DNA of 63,997 nt, the filler included, from Cercozoa sp. M6MM (Eukaryota; Protista; Endomyxa: Ascetosporea), in assembly GCA_040357565.1 (NCBI GenBank). It is 11 parts of 11 records of this genome, joined end to end, with 100 filler letters (N's around TTAATTAATTAA, not from the genome) between each part and the next. Parts side by side here need not be neighbours in the genome. Positions count along the whole stretch, not along the records: positions 59,068 to 61,529 come from JBDODJ010001761.1; positions 61,630 to 63,997 come from JBDODJ010001785.1; 9 more parts are not named here. One strand, written 5' to 3'. The position numbers and the translations under genes are program-made. Of the stretch, positions 60,467 through 63,997 are shown in pieces. The notes below the pieces were generated by a model. The model had not been told where the DNA came from. It saw only the letters and a list, made by a program, of their open reading frames with translations, and made no database searches. Position 1 is the stretch's first letter. Each line of letters starts with the position of its first letter.

Positions 60467-61490
60467 ATGAGGCAGTCCGGTGAGGCGCTTCGCGCCGTGA
60501 CGGCTCTGTTTATGCGGTTACCGTCATCAGAACGTGATTTGACAGAACTTGAGTCTCATGTAGCCGATTTGGTACTATCATTTGCCTCTTTTAGGAATGT
60601 GTATGTGCGAGTTATGACGTGAGTCGCTGCAGACCGAGAAGAAAATCACACTACCGGCACTGCAAGCTGTTCTGGTTGAGCACTCAGGTACCTTGCATTT
60701 GTCTGTGTCCGCGCGGACGCAGAGAAACCGAAATATACAGACGAAGGCGAACGTGCGGCTACGGCGCTGTTGGACGTGTGTTTCGCACTGCGCAATCGAC
60801 ACTTGGCATCGACGTTTGCCACGACACTGTTCCAGTGTCTGTCACTGACACATGTGGGTACAGTTGGACTCGGCTTTAGTTAAGGGAGCGTGTTCAAGCG
60901 GACAATAATCGTAGAGCGAGTGTTTGTACACTTCAAGCGGCGCTACGAGCGCGTTCGAGGTGCCGTTGTTGGCGGCGATCCGAACCTCGCTGTGACTCGG
61001 TACAGTTGTACCATCCTAGCCCTCCGTACTCCCTTTACCCCCCTTAACCCCTGGGCAGCATGGTGAACACGCTCCTACAGTCGCTGCGATGTGCGAGTGT
61101 GCCGAGACACGAACTGGCCGGCGATGCTCTGTGCTTTTTGGCACGTGTGGTACCTTGTGCTGATCGGGACTCTGACCCAGGGTGGTCTCTTTTGCTGATC
61201 GCTGACTGACTGAGAGACATGTGACTCACTGAGGTAGCTTCCACTGGATCACAAAAGCGGCGTCAACGGCGGCCACGCTTTTGCCTTCTCGGACTTCAAG
61301 ACCGAGGGTATCTTTGACCCCCCCCTTTACCCTTTACCCCCCTACCTCTCTCTCCTGTTTGTACAGCAAACGCCGAGACCAACTACATCGTACAGCTTTA
61401 CCCCCTACCCCCTACCCCAACCGTGGATGTATTTTGGCAGGAGGAAGAAACTGCGCGACTCAACGAACTCGAGATGCCAGAGCTGCGTGA
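60467..61490 (+). CDS. 5' part of a hypothetical multi-exon gene
   Basis: Exon/intron alternation with C-run introns; no family recognised. Confidence 0.35.
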
Positions 61491-61629
61491 GGTTTGTTGG
61501 TTTTGGGGGGGGGGGGGGGGGGGGGGGGGNNNNNNNNNNNNNNNNNNNNNNNNNNNNNNNNNNNNNNNNNNNNTTAATTAATTAANNNNNNNNNNNNNNN
61601 NNNNNNNNNNNNNNNNNNNNNNNNNNNNN

Positions 61630-63997
61630 AGACCTGTGAACACCGGAGGAATACTCACGAGATGCCACAGGTATGTCACACGCGCGCTTCGCGCGCCCTT
61701 ACACTTTTCGCGAACCCGCACCGCCGGTAAATTTAATTACCCCAACAACGCCTGTGTGCAAGTCTCGTCGAGACCGCACGGCGGAACAAGCAACAGCAGG
61801 GAGCTCAGCTCATCCCTGAGCACAGCGCGAAAAGTGCACAACACAAGCTTAGCTTAGCCCATCGAAATATACTGTCGATATATTCAATTTTGTATTCTCT
61901 GTATCTTATGGTTTGCTGATCATCTCTTACTCTCAGGTTATCACTGGAGGGTCACACCACCGCACCGAAAGGTCGTGCGGGCCTGCAACAGCCAACTGTC
62001 CTGCCACTGGCAGGCAGTTGCAGGTCGCCAACGCCAATTGGGTAACACCAGGCCTGGCGACAGTGGTGGGGCCCTTTCAGACTAGCAAGGACTCCGCCAA
62101 CGCCTCCACTCAACTACGGGAACGTTCTGCGAGTGGACTGTCCGACCGGGGTTACAGCGTCTTTTGGCAAGCTTTTCAGAGAGGACTCCGAGTGCGTGGT
62201 AGGCTGCATCGAGGCCACTGCACATTGCGATCGCATTGCGGTCGCAACGCGCCGACGTCTGCCTACATGGTTTTGCTTCCCTGTCGTTTTTGGTTGCGAT
62301 CGCATTGCTGTGCGGCTGTTTTCGCATTGGCTGCACTGGCGTGGCAGCCATCTATGCGAAAACGATGCGATATCGATGCTGACCGCATTGCGATATCGAT
62401 GCTTTTCGCAATTTCTGAGCACTTGTTTAACAACAGGCTGCTTAGCAAGCATTTAGCATTGCTTTTATCGTTGCGCTCGCATTGCTTTAGCATTGCTAAA
62501 CCGCAATAAACGAGCAACCGCGCATTGCGACGCCTTGATCGATGTTGATATGTGTCTCAGTCCGCTTTCGCAAGGGCAATCTTGCGCAGCAAGGTAATCG
62601 CATAGCTATTTTCTTGCGATCGCGTCGATTTCTCAGTGCTAAACGGTTGATACACAATGCTAAACAACAGTCCGCAGGAATTGACATGATACGGTGTTGA
62701 TTAATGATTTCAGACCGCTTCGCGACGACTTGCGGCGCAATGCGCCAGCACTCAGACGACTGCTTTCGCACTGCGTTCTCACTGCTCAGAATTGCGATCG
62801 CAGTGAGCATCATTGTTTTCGCAGTGATAGGCAAAGTATCCCGGCTTCGTGACCCATAGTTTAGCCATGGCCGACGCGAGGGCATCGGCCGTTAGCGGCT
62901 GCCGCGAGAAGCGCAGGTCCTCCAGCGTGTCGTCCAGGATCTTGAGCGCGTCGCGCTTGCCTTCGACAGCGCAGAGCGTCGTGAGGCGGAGCGGGTTGTG
63001 GGAGGACAGCTAGTGTCCTGCTACCTGGGCGGTGCGGCCGCGCTGCTGCGGTGGCGCTTGAACGATCGCGGCGCGCTGCGCGTGCTCGGCACAGGACTCG
63101 ACTCGCTGAGGTCAATGACCGGCAAAGGCGGGAGGCTGTCCAGCGAGGGCAGCGGCGTGAGTGGCACTTGCGTCGCGAGCTGCAGTTGCGGCTTGGGCTG
63201 CTTCACTTGCGACCATCGAGGTTGTTGCTGCTGTTGCTTCTGCTGTTGCTGCTGCGAGTGCTGCGGTTGCTTCTGCTGCTGCTGCTGCGGTTGCTGCTGC
63301 TGCTGCTGCTGCTGCTGCGAGTGCTGTTGACGTTGCTGCTGCGAGCGCGATTGCTCGTCGCTCGTCGGGCTCGAGGCGTCCGTGTCGAAGACAAACGGGT
63401 CCACTCGGATGGGTGTGTCCTTGCTCTCGCTTTCGCTCTCGCTCTCGCTCGCGGCGGCCGGCGTGTTTGTGCTGGCTTGCGTGCTTGCGGTCTCTGCACG
63501 CAGCGTGCGCGGTCGCGCCTTTGGCTCGAAGGTGTTGGCGTCCACCTCCTCGCCGGCCTTGAGCGCGCCGATCGCGTCTGATATCGTTGCCCCGAATTTG
63601 ATGGGGTCGTCGGGGTCGCAGCGCGCCAGCAGGGCGATAAGGCTCTCTACGCCCCTCACGAACTTGACCTGCTCGTCACTCGCCTCGAGTTCTTGCCGCC
63701 CCCACAGCTCGGCCAGCTCGCTGACTGCCTGCCAGCTTGGCTTCGACCTCGGCTCGAGGTGCTGTAGCAGCGGCTCGAGCACGCCCTTGTCGATGCCTGC
63801 TTGCTCGGAGGCTCGCTTGATTATCTTTTCTGCCAGCATGCTCAAGTATTGCTCTACTCTATTCGCGAGCGGGGTGTGCTTGGTGGTTGAGTGAGGAGGA
63901 GTACCAGCGAGGCCTTTGCGGCCCATTTCATATTGCTTTGCGTTGATGGTAGACCTGTGAACACCGGAGGAATACTCACGAGATGCCACAGGTATGT
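61630..63997. repeat. Terminally redundant contig: 61630-61676 is identical to 63951-63997 (unit length 2321 bp)
   Basis: AGACCTGTGAACACCGGAGGAATACTCACGAGATGCCACAGGTATGT at both ends. Confidence 0.95.
63021..63989 (-). CDS. Orphan ORF of about 300 aa: helical N-terminal half, poly-Q and low-complexity C-terminal half
   Basis: Uninterrupted 322-codon frame with coding-like GC3; no recognisable motif; true start uncertain. Confidence 0.55.
   Translation of the reverse strand: MASREYSSGVHRSTINAKQYEMGRKGLAGTPPHSTTKHTPLANRVEQYLSMLAEKIIKRASEQAGIDKGVLEPLLQHLEPRSKPSWQAVSELAELWGRQELEASDEQVKFVRGVESLIALLARCDPDDPIKFGATISDAIGALKAGEEVDANTFEPKARPRTLRAETASTQASTNTPAAASESESESESKDTPIRVDPFVFDTDASSPTSDEQSRSQQQRQQHSQQQQQQQQQPQQQQQKQPQHSQQQQQKQQQQQPRWSQVKQPKPQLQLATQVPLTPLPSLDSLPPLPVIDLSESSPVPSTRSAPRSFKRHRSSAAAPPR

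Noticed and set aside
63021-63989. CRESS/plasmid Rep or retroviral Gag identity for the orphan ORF
   Set aside because: No HUH, Walker A or CCHC zinc-knuckle motif is visible.

Overview
The window is not one contiguous locus. It is 11 short contigs of an intron-rich eukaryotic genome (probably a protist; taxon not identifiable from the sequence), joined by artificial N44-TTAATTAATTAA-N44 linkers. Approximate contig spans: 1-2713, 2814-6362, 6463-9712, 9813-12255, 12356-15778, 15879-23482, 23583-49748, 49849-52938, 53039-58967, 59068-61529, 61630-63997. Genes are split by many 50-90 nt GT-AG introns, so the ORF track shows only exon fragments; all gene models here were spliced by eye. Recognisable genes: a CoA-type Nudix hydrolase, a HELQ/POLQ-type helicase, a Na+/H+ exchanger tail, a ProX/OpuAC-like solute-binding domain, a SEN1-like helicase, insulysin, a Ras GTPase, a TBC RabGAP, GRWD1, V-ATPase H, a FYVE protein, POLD2, SPB1/FTSJ3, ataxin-2, an EEP nuclease, PELP1/RIX1 and a Deg protease PDZ region. 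The strongest unexplained signals are five. (1) The 10-bp palindrome TCCGCGCGGA occurs at least 13 times. (2) Two TG...CA repeat families with 4-bp TSDs carry this palindrome or a variant, nest reciprocally in each other, and twice insert exactly 2 bp from it. (3) Splice donors are rich in C at +4 and mostly lack G at +5. (4) The last contig is a terminally redundant 2321-bp unit with an orphan ORF and a cluster of TGCGATCGCA palindromes. (5) G/C-run introns are concentrated in particular genes.
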